Shown piece by piece: positions 27,965 to 39,100 of a stretch of 64,000 nt of DNA. Both the position numbers and the translations under genes were made by a program. Numbering within the stretch: the first letter of the stretch is position 1; the number at the start of each line of letters is the position of its first letter. The notes under the pieces were generated by a model. The model searched no databases. It saw only the letters and a list, made by a program, of their open reading frames with translations, and was not told the DNA's origin. Location: NCBI GenBank assembly GCA_047946875.1, contig CP181398.1, forward strand, positions 399,154 to 463,153, written 5' to 3'. Origin of the DNA: Candidatus Kerfeldbacteria bacterium. GTDB lineage: Bacteria > Patescibacteriota > Patescibacteriia > UBA10025 > JAHIVO01.

Positions 27965-29197
27965 ATGAGTGAAACACAAAATAAATTTCAGATAAAAGGT
28001 AAATTAGCTGAACAGTTTTTGCATACACTTGCAACAAAATCATTCTTTTCTGATTGGTGTTTTTTAAATCCAATTTTACCAGATGGTAAAGAACTTTGTG
28101 ATCTTTTAGTAATCTTTGATAATGTTGCCATTATTTGGCAGGCTAAAGATTTAATGTTGAATAAAAAAGGTAAATACAATCCCAAAGAGGTTAAAAAGAA
28201 TATTCGCCAGCTCTCAGGAGCCCGACGTCAATTATTTGACTTAAAGACACCAATCGTATTAGAAAATATGCGACGAACTAAGATTAGTTTCGATCCAGAT
28301 TCAATTTCTGAAATTTACTTAATTTCTGCCCTGCTTGGAGAAGGAGAAGACTCATATGAGATAATGGAATCTATAAAAGAATTTCAAGTGCATGTATTTA
28401 CTAGAAAATTCACAGAGATTGCTTTAAAGGAATTAGATACAATAAGTGATTTTGTTTATTATTTAAGAAACAAAGAGGCATTCATTAAAGAAAAAGTAGG
28501 AAGTCTGATTGTTCTAGGAGGTGAAGAAGAAATTCTTGCATACTATTTATTAAATAATAATAGCTTTGATTCTCTCAATGGATATAAATTTGTCACTCTT
28601 GACGGTAATCACTGGAAATATCTTATAGATAATCCAAGTTATATTTCAAAAAAGAAAGCTGATAAAATAAGTTATGGCTGGGACTCAATTATTGACCGTG
28701 CTCATGAGGGGTCATCAAAATATGAGTTAGTAGCGCGTGAATTAGCAAGACCTAATCGTTTTGCACGTAGAGTCCTTGGAAAGGCGTTTTTTGATGCTAA
28801 TGTAATAGCACACGAGGATCAAGAACATGATATTTATAGAAGAGTGGTAATTGGAACAGACGATAAAGGAAATGGTCATACTTATTGTTTTCTTTTTATG
28901 GATAAAGACAGACCGAGAGAAGATAGGGCGAAATATCTTGAAGCATTATGTTTTGTAGCTAGAGGAAAATATCAGAAAAACTCAAAAGTTATTGGGGTTG
29001 CTACAGAACAGAAAATTGAATCCAAGTGCTCTTATGATTTCATTTTATTAGAAATACCAGAGTGGACTGACGAGCTAGAGGAACAAAAAAATGAGTTTCA
29101 AAAAACATTTGATATTTTAGTTGACCCTAAAATAACGTCTATTAGGGCTACTCAGTATCCAATAGTGAAAAAAAATACATCTTCAAAAACAAATTAA
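27965..29197 (+). CDS. Putative PD-(D/E)xK / NERD-like nuclease-fold protein
   Basis: G..AE..L, ELCDLLVIF...IIWQAKD motif pattern. Confidence 0.55.
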   Translation: MSETQNKFQIKGKLAEQFLHTLATKSFFSDWCFLNPILPDGKELCDLLVIFDNVAIIWQAKDLMLNKKGKYNPKEVKKNIRQLSGARRQLFDLKTPIVLENMRRTKISFDPDSISEIYLISALLGEGEDSYEIMESIKEFQVHVFTRKFTEIALKELDTISDFVYYLRNKEAFIKEKVGSLIVLGGEEEILAYYLLNNNSFDSLNGYKFVTLDGNHWKYLIDNPSYISKKKADKISYGWDSIIDRAHEGSSKYELVARELARPNRFARRVLGKAFFDANVIAHEDQEHDIYRRVVIGTDDKGNGHTYCFLFMDKDRPREDRAKYLEALCFVARGKYQKNSKVIGVATEQKIESKCSYDFILLEIPEWTDELEEQKNEFQKTFDILVDPKITSIRATQYPIVKKNTSSKTN

Positions 29198-29396
29198 TTT
29201 ATTTTTGGTGTAAGTAATATGCGTTTTGAATGTAAATAAAAAATGTTATGTATTAACACTTTACTTTTAGGGTATTGCAGGTTGACGTAAAATACCCGTA
29301 TGATATTATGAATCACTTGTCCAAGGCACGTTAACATAAAATGAAATGAATATATTTTCGAAATTGTAATATAAAACGAGAAAAAAGGAAATAAAA

Positions 29397-30611
29397 ATGA
29401 ACAGGAATAATACTCCAACGCAGGACAGCTATGATGTAGTTGTTCTAGGAGCGGGCATTGCCGGACTTTTGCTTGCGAGCGAAATTTCGAAGCAATATTC
29501 CACACTAGTCGTTGAAAAAGGGTTGTCACCCCCTAAGACAAAGTATTGGCTCACAACCAAGGATGCTGTTAAGGGGAATCCTGATCTAGACGACGAATCA
29601 TTGATAAGTCGGAAGTTTGACAGTTTTTTTATCGCAGATTCTCAGCAAAGAAATCGGCAGGTACGAGGAGGTTATTATCTCTGGGATACTAATAAACTTG
29701 TTGATTTCCTCTGTGATAAGATTTCCAAAAATGGTGGTCACTTTTTGATGAATCACAAGTACTACTCACGTCGGTATGAATCTGACAACATAGTGGTTTC
29801 AGTAAATCAGAGAGATATTAGTGCAAAGGTGGTTGTTGATTGCATGGGATTTAACTCGCCGATTATTGGTGCAAACAGCATGGTGGACATAATTGGTTAC
29901 CACACTGTTTGTGGTGCTACAGTACCCACAATTAAGGAAGTTGATCCAGTTGCATTCTGCAATCTAGTTGAGTCGGGCCATGCGCATTATCTCGAAATAT
30001 TCCCCACTAATGAAAAGACAGCTCATGTTGTTATGATAGCTTCATCCGAAGAGCCGTACCCTTTCGATAAGCTTCTACCAGAGTTTCTGTTTGCAGTAGA
30101 GAATTCTCGTTGGTCGCAGTATTTCAAGGGAACATCTTCAGAAATGTTGCCACTTCACGGCGTGATCCCAGTCGGTACTCGAATGAAGACTGGAATAAAT
30201 AGAGTCTTCATTTATGGTGAGGGAGCTCAAGTTCATCCCGCTTCAACTGCTGCTGGATTGACACAGATACTCCAAAGCTACCGCCGGGTTGCTAAAGAGT
30301 TAGGAAGCCGTATCCAATCAAATCAATTAGGTGGAAAATCGCTTGAAGGGATTAGCGTCGATAACATGTCTCGTTTTTGTAGCAGGATACATAGAAGTGT
30401 TTTTGGCGATTATATGGGGTGGACTTCCACAGGATTCTCAAAACTGGTCAACCAAATGGGGTCTCTCAGTGATGATGTTTTAAATGGAATGCTGTTCGGT
30501 GATTTAGTTGCCGGTGATGTTTTTAGTTTCGAAAATCTATACCGATTGATTCGGTCACGTAATACCATTTTGTTGCGTCACGGATTTCGAGCATTGCTTC
30601 CTGGTAATTGA
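29397..30611 (+). CDS. FAD-dependent oxidoreductase (lycopene cyclase / geranylgeranyl reductase-like)
   Basis: DVVVLGAGIAG, VVDCMG, YGEGAQVHPASTAAG (degenerate GD motif). Confidence 0.75.
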   Translation: MNRNNTPTQDSYDVVVLGAGIAGLLLASEISKQYSTLVVEKGLSPPKTKYWLTTKDAVKGNPDLDDESLISRKFDSFFIADSQQRNRQVRGGYYLWDTNKLVDFLCDKISKNGGHFLMNHKYYSRRYESDNIVVSVNQRDISAKVVVDCMGFNSPIIGANSMVDIIGYHTVCGATVPTIKEVDPVAFCNLVESGHAHYLEIFPTNEKTAHVVMIASSEEPYPFDKLLPEFLFAVENSRWSQYFKGTSSEMLPLHGVIPVGTRMKTGINRVFIYGEGAQVHPASTAAGLTQILQSYRRVAKELGSRIQSNQLGGKSLEGISVDNMSRFCSRIHRSVFGDYMGWTSTGFSKLVNQMGSLSDDVLNGMLFGDLVAGDVFSFENLYRLIRSRNTILLRHGFRALLPGN

Positions 30612-30665
30612 TGTAGTTACAGAATCCAAGAAGATGATTTTTTCGAAATAACAGTACATATTAAT

Positions 30666-30700
30666 AACCTCTCTAGGTAACACTAGAGAGGTTTCTTTTT
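30666..30700 (+). terminator. Rho-independent terminator
   Basis: AACCTCTCTAG-GTAACA-CTAGAGAGGTT + T-run. Confidence 0.8.
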
Positions 30701-30782
30701 AATGTTTGTTATAATATATTTTTTCGGTAAGTGGAAAGGTGTCAAATAAAAAATCCCACTAAATATTTAGTGGGAAATTCAA

Positions 30783-31019
30783 TTAACATGCACCGTCATT
30801 GTCAGCACCTTCACAAAGTGAGTCTGGCGGATATGTTGGATAATCAACAAAATTATCCGGACGGATTTCTCTTACTGTTGAAGAGCACTTTTTTGCATGG
30901 ATTTTTTCAAATCCTATTTTTACGCGCTGTTGTCCGCATTCAGGACAAGTCTTGCAACAGCCATGCGTGATAAGTTCACCTGGAGGATGATTACATCTCC
31001 ATTCATTTGAACTGGGCAT
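30783..31019 (-). CDS. Small Cys/His-rich putative zinc-binding protein
   Basis: SD GGAGGT, CNH...CCKTCPECG...H...C, terminator-like CCCACTAAAT/ATTTAGTGGG downstream. Confidence 0.65.
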   Translation of the reverse strand: MPSSNEWRCNHPPGELITHGCCKTCPECGQQRVKIGFEKIHAKKCSSTVREIRPDNFVDYPTYPPDSLCEGADNDGAC

Positions 31020-31186
31020 TTTTACCTCCCTGTTTTTTTATGTGCAATTAAGTAAGGCAATCTTAGAATGATATTGGGTTTTTGTCAATCATTTTATTGA
31101 CAGAATATTTTATTAGTAATAAGGTGTATTATCGATCAAAAAAATATATTCATAACATAGAACGTTTAAAAAAATGGAGGAAAACA

Positions 31187-31507
31187 ATGGAATTTAATGT
31201 TGGTGATATGGTAGATGAGCAAGGTTCAAAACTGATAGTGTATGGAAGAATACTTTCTCTCACAGAGACGGAAGCGCAAGTAAAATTTCGTATCCCGCTT
31301 CGTGAGAAGAATAAAGGTTTTTGCGATGCTTGTGGAAGTTCGGACCATCTTTCAATCAATGATGATACTGACGAACTAGTGTGTCTGGTAACTGGCTGTG
31401 GTCATGAGTATGGTTTTAAAGAAACAACCGAAACTATTGCTTTGACCAAGCTGATCAATATTACAGCCAAGCGCGCTGCCGAGAAAGAAGCAGAAAAAGT
31501 AAACTAG
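31187..31507 (+). CDS. SH3/KOW-like small protein with inserted zinc ribbon
   Basis: SD GGAGG, FNVGDMV...GRIL, CDACG...CLVTGCG. Confidence 0.7.
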   Translation: MEFNVGDMVDEQGSKLIVYGRILSLTETEAQVKFRIPLREKNKGFCDACGSSDHLSINDDTDELVCLVTGCGHEYGFKETTETIALTKLINITAKRAAEKEAEKVN

Positions 31508-31622
31508 TTTTACTAAGCGTAAAGATAAAGACTTACTTATTTGAGTAGGTCTTTTTTATTTGATATTGTAATAAATATCTGCTATACTTAGTTCAATATA
31601 TAAACAAATTATAAATAAACGT

Positions 31623-32846
31623 TTGAGAGTTTTCACAAACATACTACTTATAATAATCCTGGTGGTTCTAACACCAGTGCTTTTGTTAGTGACATCTATA
31701 AAGACTAATGTACTACATACCACTTTTCTCAAGAGTGAATTGGAACGACATGAGATTTATGATTTAGCATTTGACTTAGTTGATGATCAAATACAGCAGA
31801 TAGAGTTGGCACCAGAGATCCCTATCACTCATGAAGAGATTAGTTCGTTGATTACAAAAGTTCTAACTCCAGAGTGGCTGCAGGGGAATGTAGAATCTGC
31901 TCTGGATGATTTTGATATTTGGCTTAATGCACCGATGGGCACGGAGATTTCTATTGTCCTTACCATGGCAGAGCCAAAAGCAAACTTATTGACAGAGCTA
32001 GACGTATTAATAGATAAAAAAATAAGTGAGCTTGAATCATGCACTTCAGATGATAAAAATATTCTTTGTGCGTTTGCTGGTTTGGGGTTGGATGATTTTA
32101 AAGCTGAGTTAGCAAATTTTGATTTTGATCCAAATGATCTTGTAAATCAAATCCCAGACAATCTTGATTTGGCAAATCCTGAGTTCATAGAAGATTTTCA
32201 AAAAATCGAAGAAGTTGATAAACCTAAAGTTGTAGAGCATTACGCATGTAGTGATTTTTGTCCTGGACCACGTGAAGATTATTTGGTAAATATTTATGAA
32301 GGTGTGGATAATGATGAGGAATGTAGTAAACTTGGAGGAACTTTTGAATCATATGTTGGTTGGGGAGAAACATTTATTTGTATAGCTGATAATGTCAAAG
32401 ATGAAAAAGATATTCAAACTCAGATCTCTGAGATAAAAGAAAGTCTCGAGCAATCGAAAAAATATTATCATTTAGGACAGCAATGGTTCTGGTATGCTTG
32501 GATAATATACGGTGTATTAATAGTATTGTTCCTAATTATGAATGCCACTGGGGGCTGGCGTCGAGTTATAAATTGGTTGGGAGTTATTATGTTATGTATC
32601 GGAATTATACCGGCCACTTTAGGTCTTGCCACTAATTTTGGTCAGGATCTAGCTATGGACCAAATAGATTATGGCCCTGATTTTTCAACTAAAGTAAGTG
32701 ACTTAATACCTAGACTTATTAACGACTTTACTGATGCAATATTTACCTTACCGATGATAACGGGTGTAATACTTGTTGTTCTTGGTATAGCAGTAATTAT
32801 CGGAGCTCATTGGATACCGAAACCAAAAGGTAAAGTAAAAAATTAA
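31623..32846 (+). CDS. Hypothetical membrane protein with an extracellular Cys-rich insert
   Basis: N-terminal TM, helical ectodomain, CSDFCPGP...ECSKLGG...C, 3 C-terminal TMs. Confidence 0.8.
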   Translation: MRVFTNILLIIILVVLTPVLLLVTSIKTNVLHTTFLKSELERHEIYDLAFDLVDDQIQQIELAPEIPITHEEISSLITKVLTPEWLQGNVESALDDFDIWLNAPMGTEISIVLTMAEPKANLLTELDVLIDKKISELESCTSDDKNILCAFAGLGLDDFKAELANFDFDPNDLVNQIPDNLDLANPEFIEDFQKIEEVDKPKVVEHYACSDFCPGPREDYLVNIYEGVDNDEECSKLGGTFESYVGWGETFICIADNVKDEKDIQTQISEIKESLEQSKKYYHLGQQWFWYAWIIYGVLIVLFLIMNATGGWRRVINWLGVIMLCIGIIPATLGLATNFGQDLAMDQIDYGPDFSTKVSDLIPRLINDFTDAIFTLPMITGVILVVLGIAVIIGAHWIPKPKGKVKN

Positions 32847-32859
32847 TATTTATAATGTC

Positions 32860-32967
32860 TGTCATTCTGAGGGAGGTCACCCGTGGTGACTGACCGTGAG
32901 AATCTCAGCCAAAGGCGGCATTGCATCACCTTTAGTGATGAGACTCTTCGTTTTACTCAGAGTGACA
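32860..32967 (+). repeat. TGTCATTCTGA-family paired palindromic repeat
   Basis: TGTCATTCTGAG...GTGAGAATCTC...GAGACTCTTCG...CTCAGAGTGACA. Confidence 0.85.
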
Positions 32968-33023
32968 ATGACTTTTTTGAATAAAAAAAGACTCACTATG
33001 TTACCAATGTAGGCGATTTTGGT

Positions 33024-36000
33024 TTATTCAGTTTTATTCTTGAAGTAGTCTTCTATATCTTCATCGAATTTATCCATGCTTTGTTCGATAAGCTGGTCAA
33101 AGTCAGGCGCTACATTTGTATGATCCTCACCAAATATCTCAGCAAGTTCTTGGCGTTGTGATTCATTACCTAATAATATAGCTGAATGCATATGTTCACC
33201 AAAGCCATGTTCAGAGTCATTCATTTTTAGAAAGTTTTTAATATTATCTGAGTTACCACATGTGTCTCCACCATCTCCTACAAAATAAAAAGATGATGCG
33301 TAATCAGGATAATTATCTATTTCATCGTTCAAGGCTTTGGCAGTTTTTTTAATACCATCCAGCATATTGGTACCACCTTGCGTATTCAATTTTTGCATCA
33401 GTCTAACTTTCACGGTAGAGGAGTCGCCGTCATCATAATCATATCTAGTTGGTGAATCATAGTCCTGGTCAAAATCTTTTATCTTTGTAGTAGAGTCAGA
33501 AAAAATATCAATTGAGAAACGTATATATCCAAAAGCGTTTGAAATTTTATCAAAAAGCTCAGAATAAAAAACTAAAAGTTTTCTGGCACTTCGTAATTTT
33601 TCTCCTTGCATAGATCCAGAAACATCTATTAGGATTGATGCCATGAATCGTGGTTCGACAGAAGATTTTATGGTACGGGGATTTTTCACTGTTCCAAAAA
33701 GTAAATTTCTTGGTTTCATTACAGCCTTACGATTGAATGCGCCTTGACGTGTCAGAGAATCTTCATCAAAATCAACTTCATCTTTCCTAGGTAAGCGTTC
33801 AGCAAAATATTGGAACCATTGATCGACTAATGGGCCAATTTCTTCTCGTATATCATTGTATTCGTTGTAAAGATGATTTTCTTGCTCTATTTTTGTTTGG
33901 ATACGATCTAATTCAGCTAAGTCTTGTTCATTTAATTCTTCAATAAATTTATCACGTTCATCTTCACTCATAAATCCATCATCAACCATTTGGTCCATAT
34001 TATTTTTGACTTCTTCTTTCATTTGTTCTTCAAATGCTTCTAATTTTTTTTCAAGTTCTTCTTTAAAATCTTCAGGTAATTCATCTTGTTCTAATTTATC
34101 TTTAATCTCTGACAAGTCTTGGAATTTTTCTGCCTCTTGCATTTGTTGTTCAATTTCTTGTTTTTTTTGTTCCATTTGTTCCATTTGCTCCTGCGCTTGT
34201 TCAAAATTGGATTGTGCTTGTTGTGTATCACTATCTGAGGCATCAGATATATTATCTGTAGGGTTGGAAGACTCTTGAGATTCCTGAGATTCTTGTGAAT
34301 CTGTTGACTCACTATCTGATTCGCTGTCTTGCTCTGATTTTTGGTCTTGAGGAGGTTCTACACCGCCGTCTTCAGCTTCGGGCGCCGAGTCTTGTTGTCC
34401 ACTTTCACCTTGTTCGTCACTTTCATTCTTATCTTCTGGTTTTGCATTTGGAGTAGCGTCAAAACGTCTCCAATCTTTACCATCCCAAATTTCTGACCAG
34501 GCATGACCAGTATTTTGAGTGATGGCTGATATACCATCTTGAGCACCTTCTACTTTATGTCCAGTTACTAATCTCGCTGGTATTCCGGCTGAGCGCATCA
34601 TCGCAACGAATTTTGTATTAGCTGAATAGCATTCAAGATATTCTGACGTGTCAATATTTTGTAAATAATTATCTCCGGTAGATTCACTTCGGATTTTATA
34701 TTGCAAGGCCTGTGCTTTTTGTAGGTCACCACCACCAGGATAAAAATGGTTTGCCAAGATATGTTGGCGAACTTGTTCAGCTTTTTGCATTGAGCTACCA
34801 GCCAAACTAGAAATAATAGTTTCTGTTTTTGGTGATAGGTCACCTTTGTAGATAGTAGTTGTATCTTCTGGAATGGGGGGATTGGTAAAAGTCTCTGATT
34901 CTTGTATAAAATCTAATGAGAATAATCCGTTGCTATCAGCCTCAATATAGAAGCAACCATTTTGATCACGAAAAATCTTGGCCGAACCTCCTTCAAATTT
35001 CAAAGAAGAAGCATCAATTCCGAAACCGTTTGGTAATGGAAGTGCTTTTAATCCAGCATCTAGATAGCCGGATAAGGAAGTGCGTTTTTCACTATCAAGA
35101 GATGATGAATATTCAGTGATATCTTTTTTCTTGCTCCAGGTTTTATTATCTATATCGTAATAACTTTTTCGTCCTGCAGCGTAATACCCACCTAATGGAG
35201 GTTTGATCTCAAATATAGGTTTCACTAACATTTCTTCTTTGGATTCTGGTCCGGGTGGAGGTGTGTGATATTCGTCGTTATCATCTGGAGGTATAGCTGG
35301 GTCTTCTGGTGAGCTAGGTGGAACAGCATCTTCCATAAATTGTTCAAGTTCTTCGTCTAGTTCCTGCATACTCTCACTGGATTCACCGCTATCAACTTCT
35401 TGTTGTAATTGAGGTAATCCATCTTGCATAGTGTCTATCAGGTTTTTGTATCCAGATTCATCACCTCGCTGAATGTAATCACGATAAGATTCTTGTAGTT
35501 CTTCGAATATTTTTCTTTCATCTCCCGAAAGTTGTGATACTATTTGATCACGTTCATCCATAGATATTAAATCTCTCTCCTCGTGTAACCAGTTTGCTTT
35601 AAGTGCTTTTAATACTTTTTGGGTACGTGAAAGATCTCCAATTTCTTTTATGGTTCGTCGTGATTCATCTGATAATGAAGATTCAATTTGATGTCGGCCA
35701 GTACGACCATATGCATCCATAACTTTTTTTTGGACACGTGCTTGGGTAACTTCGTTATAAAGTGTATCTAACTGTTCTAGAGGAATATCTTTACCTTTCA
35801 TACCTTCTATGAATTTTGCAAAACGCTCATGATCGTAGTTTGATATATAGGCCGTTAAATCTCGTATACGCGCACTAACTGCCTCAATACCTGATTCTTC
35901 TAGATCTTGGATATCATAAATCAAAGCATCAGGACGTAGGTCTGAGGCTACTTCTTCAGCTGTATATTTGCCTTCCAAGAGTCCTTGTATTTTTTCAGAG

Positions 36001-36173
36001 CGTGATTCTTGGTCCACAGTATAACGAAGCGACCATTCTTTGCCAGGTAATACTGGCAGTTTATCTGCTGCAGCTTGCTCTGCCAAAAACAAAATTTCCC
36101 GCGTAAGTTTTACGGATTGTGGCTTTTCTCTTGATTCGGCCGATGGATCTATACTTTCGCCACGTGGTGCCAT
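33024..36173 (-). CDS. Transglutaminase-like domain + acidic linker/coiled coil + vWA domain protein
   Basis: YLECYSAN...GIPARLVTG...GHAWSEIW...WRRFDATP (Cys-His-Asp). vWA MIDAS DVSGS, GGTN, VGDG. Confidence 0.9.
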   Translation of the reverse strand: MAPRGESIDPSAESREKPQSVKLTREILFLAEQAAADKLPVLPGKEWSLRYTVDQESRSEKIQGLLEGKYTAEEVASDLRPDALIYDIQDLEESGIEAVSARIRDLTAYISNYDHERFAKFIEGMKGKDIPLEQLDTLYNEVTQARVQKKVMDAYGRTGRHQIESSLSDESRRTIKEIGDLSRTQKVLKALKANWLHEERDLISMDERDQIVSQLSGDERKIFEELQESYRDYIQRGDESGYKNLIDTMQDGLPQLQQEVDSGESSESMQELDEELEQFMEDAVPPSSPEDPAIPPDDNDEYHTPPPGPESKEEMLVKPIFEIKPPLGGYYAAGRKSYYDIDNKTWSKKKDITEYSSSLDSEKRTSLSGYLDAGLKALPLPNGFGIDASSLKFEGGSAKIFRDQNGCFYIEADSNGLFSLDFIQESETFTNPPIPEDTTTIYKGDLSPKTETIISSLAGSSMQKAEQVRQHILANHFYPGGGDLQKAQALQYKIRSESTGDNYLQNIDTSEYLECYSANTKFVAMMRSAGIPARLVTGHKVEGAQDGISAITQNTGHAWSEIWDGKDWRRFDATPNAKPEDKNESDEQGESGQQDSAPEAEDGGVEPPQDQKSEQDSESDSESTDSQESQESQESSNPTDNISDASDSDTQQAQSNFEQAQEQMEQMEQKKQEIEQQMQEAEKFQDLSEIKDKLEQDELPEDFKEELEKKLEAFEEQMKEEVKNNMDQMVDDGFMSEDERDKFIEELNEQDLAELDRIQTKIEQENHLYNEYNDIREEIGPLVDQWFQYFAERLPRKDEVDFDEDSLTRQGAFNRKAVMKPRNLLFGTVKNPRTIKSSVEPRFMASILIDVSGSMQGEKLRSARKLLVFYSELFDKISNAFGYIRFSIDIFSDSTTKIKDFDQDYDSPTRYDYDDGDSSTVKVRLMQKLNTQGGTNMLDGIKKTAKALNDEIDNYPDYASSFYFVGDGGDTCGNSDNIKNFLKMNDSEHGFGEHMHSAILLGNESQRQELAEIFGEDHTNVAPDFDQLIEQSMDKFDEDIEDYFKNKTE

Positions 36174-36179
36174 AGATTT

Positions 36180-39100
36180 TTAATTAGTTACACGTTTTTG
36201 AGAAGTCCATGTCTTCAGAGCTTTTCGGATCTTTTCTTGGTCTTCTTTTTTGTCTATATGAGTTAGAAAATATTTTTCTAATAATTCACGAGCAGTATTT
36301 TCTGGATCACTTGATGTTTTTTCTTCAGTCGTCATACGACTTAACGTATATGCACATCTACGTAGTTCACGGCCAGTAATAGGTTGAGTAACGGGTAAAG
36401 CTTTTCGTGAACTTGTTCCTTTTTCAAAATTCTTAATAAAATCTTCTCGTAATTTATTTGCAAACTGGACTAAAGTCAGAATAGTATCAATATCAAATTT
36501 TTGTTCTAGAGTGGGCTTATCAACTCCATTGTCTATTCCATTAACATATTGATCCCAAAGTTTTACAAATTCATTATGATCCATACTGGCCTCAAATGTG
36601 AGATCAGCTAATGAATCAACGCCACGTGCAATACGAAGAGCTTCAGATGAGTCATACATCGGACGTTTATTAGGATCATCAGGATTGGCTTCACGCGTCA
36701 TCTGTGGGTATCCAATTTCTTGGGAAACCATACGACTTCGTGTAGCAAATTGAGGATCGAATGTACCTGGATAATTTGGATTCATTGACCCGACTAATAA
36801 AACACTAGATAATGCCTTAATTGTTTTTCCAGAACTAGTTTTGAGTGTTAGGGATCTTTTTTCGTCCATCAATGCATGTAAGAATATTTGAGCTTGCTCA
36901 GGCATAGCGTTAAACTCATTGAAATAAACCACAGCTCCTGGTGTACGAATACCGTTTAATATCGTAGAAGGAATTTTAACAGTCTGAGAAGCACCATCTT
37001 TGGATTCCAACATAACATCCTCAGATAGTTCAAATTCTGTAGTCCACTTGGTGCCATCCATACCAAAGTAAGGTCGGTTGGTCATATTACAAAACATTTT
37101 TACACGAACATCTTTACCTGTTCCGGCATGTCCTTTTAGTACCAGCATACCTTCTTGTAGATCCATCTGCATTTTTAGATTACCTGCCATGTTTTCTAGA
37201 TCATCTTCGGTTTCATTGTCTGTAACCCAGTGACTTTGCCATTCTGGGATAAACCCTTTGCCATTGCTAGTTTCTATATTTGGTTGGTTTTTAATACGGT
37301 TAATACGTTGTAATAGGGGAATATTATTTTCTGCACAAAAAGTACCAAATTTTTTATATGCTTCTGAATATTTATCTTGCCATTCTTTATCTTCATCTTC
37401 ATCAGTACGTTCACTAATTTTTTTACGTGTAGAATATAATTCTCTTAGTATTTTTCGATTATCTCTCCATTCTTGTCGGAGTTTTGAATCTTCTCCATGA
37501 TTCCAGTCATTGTATTTCTTTTTAATATTCTTAAAATCCTCTGCAGTAATGTAGGAAGGGGGAATGGATTCACCTTTATATGATTGTAATCCTAGACGCC
37601 ATTCTTGTTCGTCTCGCATACCTTCATATAATCTTACATTTTCATTTTTACCATCACCTGTATTAATGTTTAATATAATATCACCTTGAATATCTTTTGC
37701 TGATATACCTGGTCCTCGTGTTTTGCTATCCTCTTCGAATGCAATATCTACGGATCGTTCTTCTCTTTCCTTCACTTTCGATTCCCATTTAGGAAAGCGA
37801 GTATCACCAAAACTAACCATTTGTTTGCCGGTATCAGCGATAGTAGTCATACCACCACGTTCTATTTCTGTTAACGCATTTGAAAGTCTTACTTTCATCA
37901 TACGTTTTAGCTCTTTAGCAGCATCTGGATCATCATCAGCAAGTGCTTCTATTTCAGTTTCGATATATTTCTTTGCCTCAGATGCTCCTAAATATTGTTC
38001 GCCCGCTGTTCTATCTTTGAAACCTTGAGCTTGTAAGCGATCCTCAAGGCTAGATATCTCTTGTTGTAAAGTATCTACATGAGCTTCGATACGTTCGGAA
38101 GCTTTTTCCCTGACTTTAGCATATTCGATTTTAAATTTATGTTCGTATTCTTCTGCTAATAAATCAAGAGATGTTCGTGCTTCTTGAACTTGTTTGTAAA
38201 TTTCATCAGCTTCAAATGGTATATCGTGATTAATAGAACTTAGTCGAGCTTTAATCTGAGGATAACGAAATTCTAACCAATCATCCATTTGCATTTTTGT
38301 TTCGAAAGATTCTAAATCTTTTTTTGTTTTACTTATTAGTTCATCAATATCTTTCTTTACTTCACCACCGCGTTTTTCAAAAAGTTCACGAATCTGACTA
38401 TCAAGATCTGTTCGTGCTTTAGCTAACTCTAGTCGCTGATCACTAATCAAAAAACCTTCTTGAGATTTTATGTCTTCTAATATCTCGCGAATTTCGGATA
38501 TTGAGCCAAAAGAAAGTCCTCCCTCCAATTTTGTTCGTACTAGTTTTAGAGCCTTGTCAGCCGCTTCTTTGGCAAACATTTTTTCTTTGTCTTGTATAGG
38601 TTTCTCTAAGCCTTCTATAACATAATCAATCTCTTCGGATCGTAAACCACCTGCTTGTAGTTTTTGTCGTACAGTATTAAATTGATCACGAGCTTGTACT
38701 AAGCCTTCATGCGTTGAGACAGTTTCTAACATTTCTTTGAATTTGGTTTGTAGATCATCTCTTACTCCATCTAGTTTATCCATGGATTTGTTATCCAGAC
38801 CTGCTTGTTCATTCTTTGCAGCTTGTTGGGTGAATATATCGTCTATATTCAAATCAGCTGTTGCGCTCTGAATACGATGCTTGTCTAGTTCACCAGCAAG
38901 TTCATCAAAATTCGCTTCATGAATAACTAAATGTCCATCTTTGTCTATAGCTCTTATGTTTCCGTTGTTATCGAAATCTACATGGGATAGATTTGATTCA
39001 CGTTTTACTTCTTTTAGTGTATCCTTTGTCATTACTATTAGATCATCGCCAGAATAGAATAGGAAAAAATTACCTTTAGGGTCTAGCTGAAGGTTTGATA

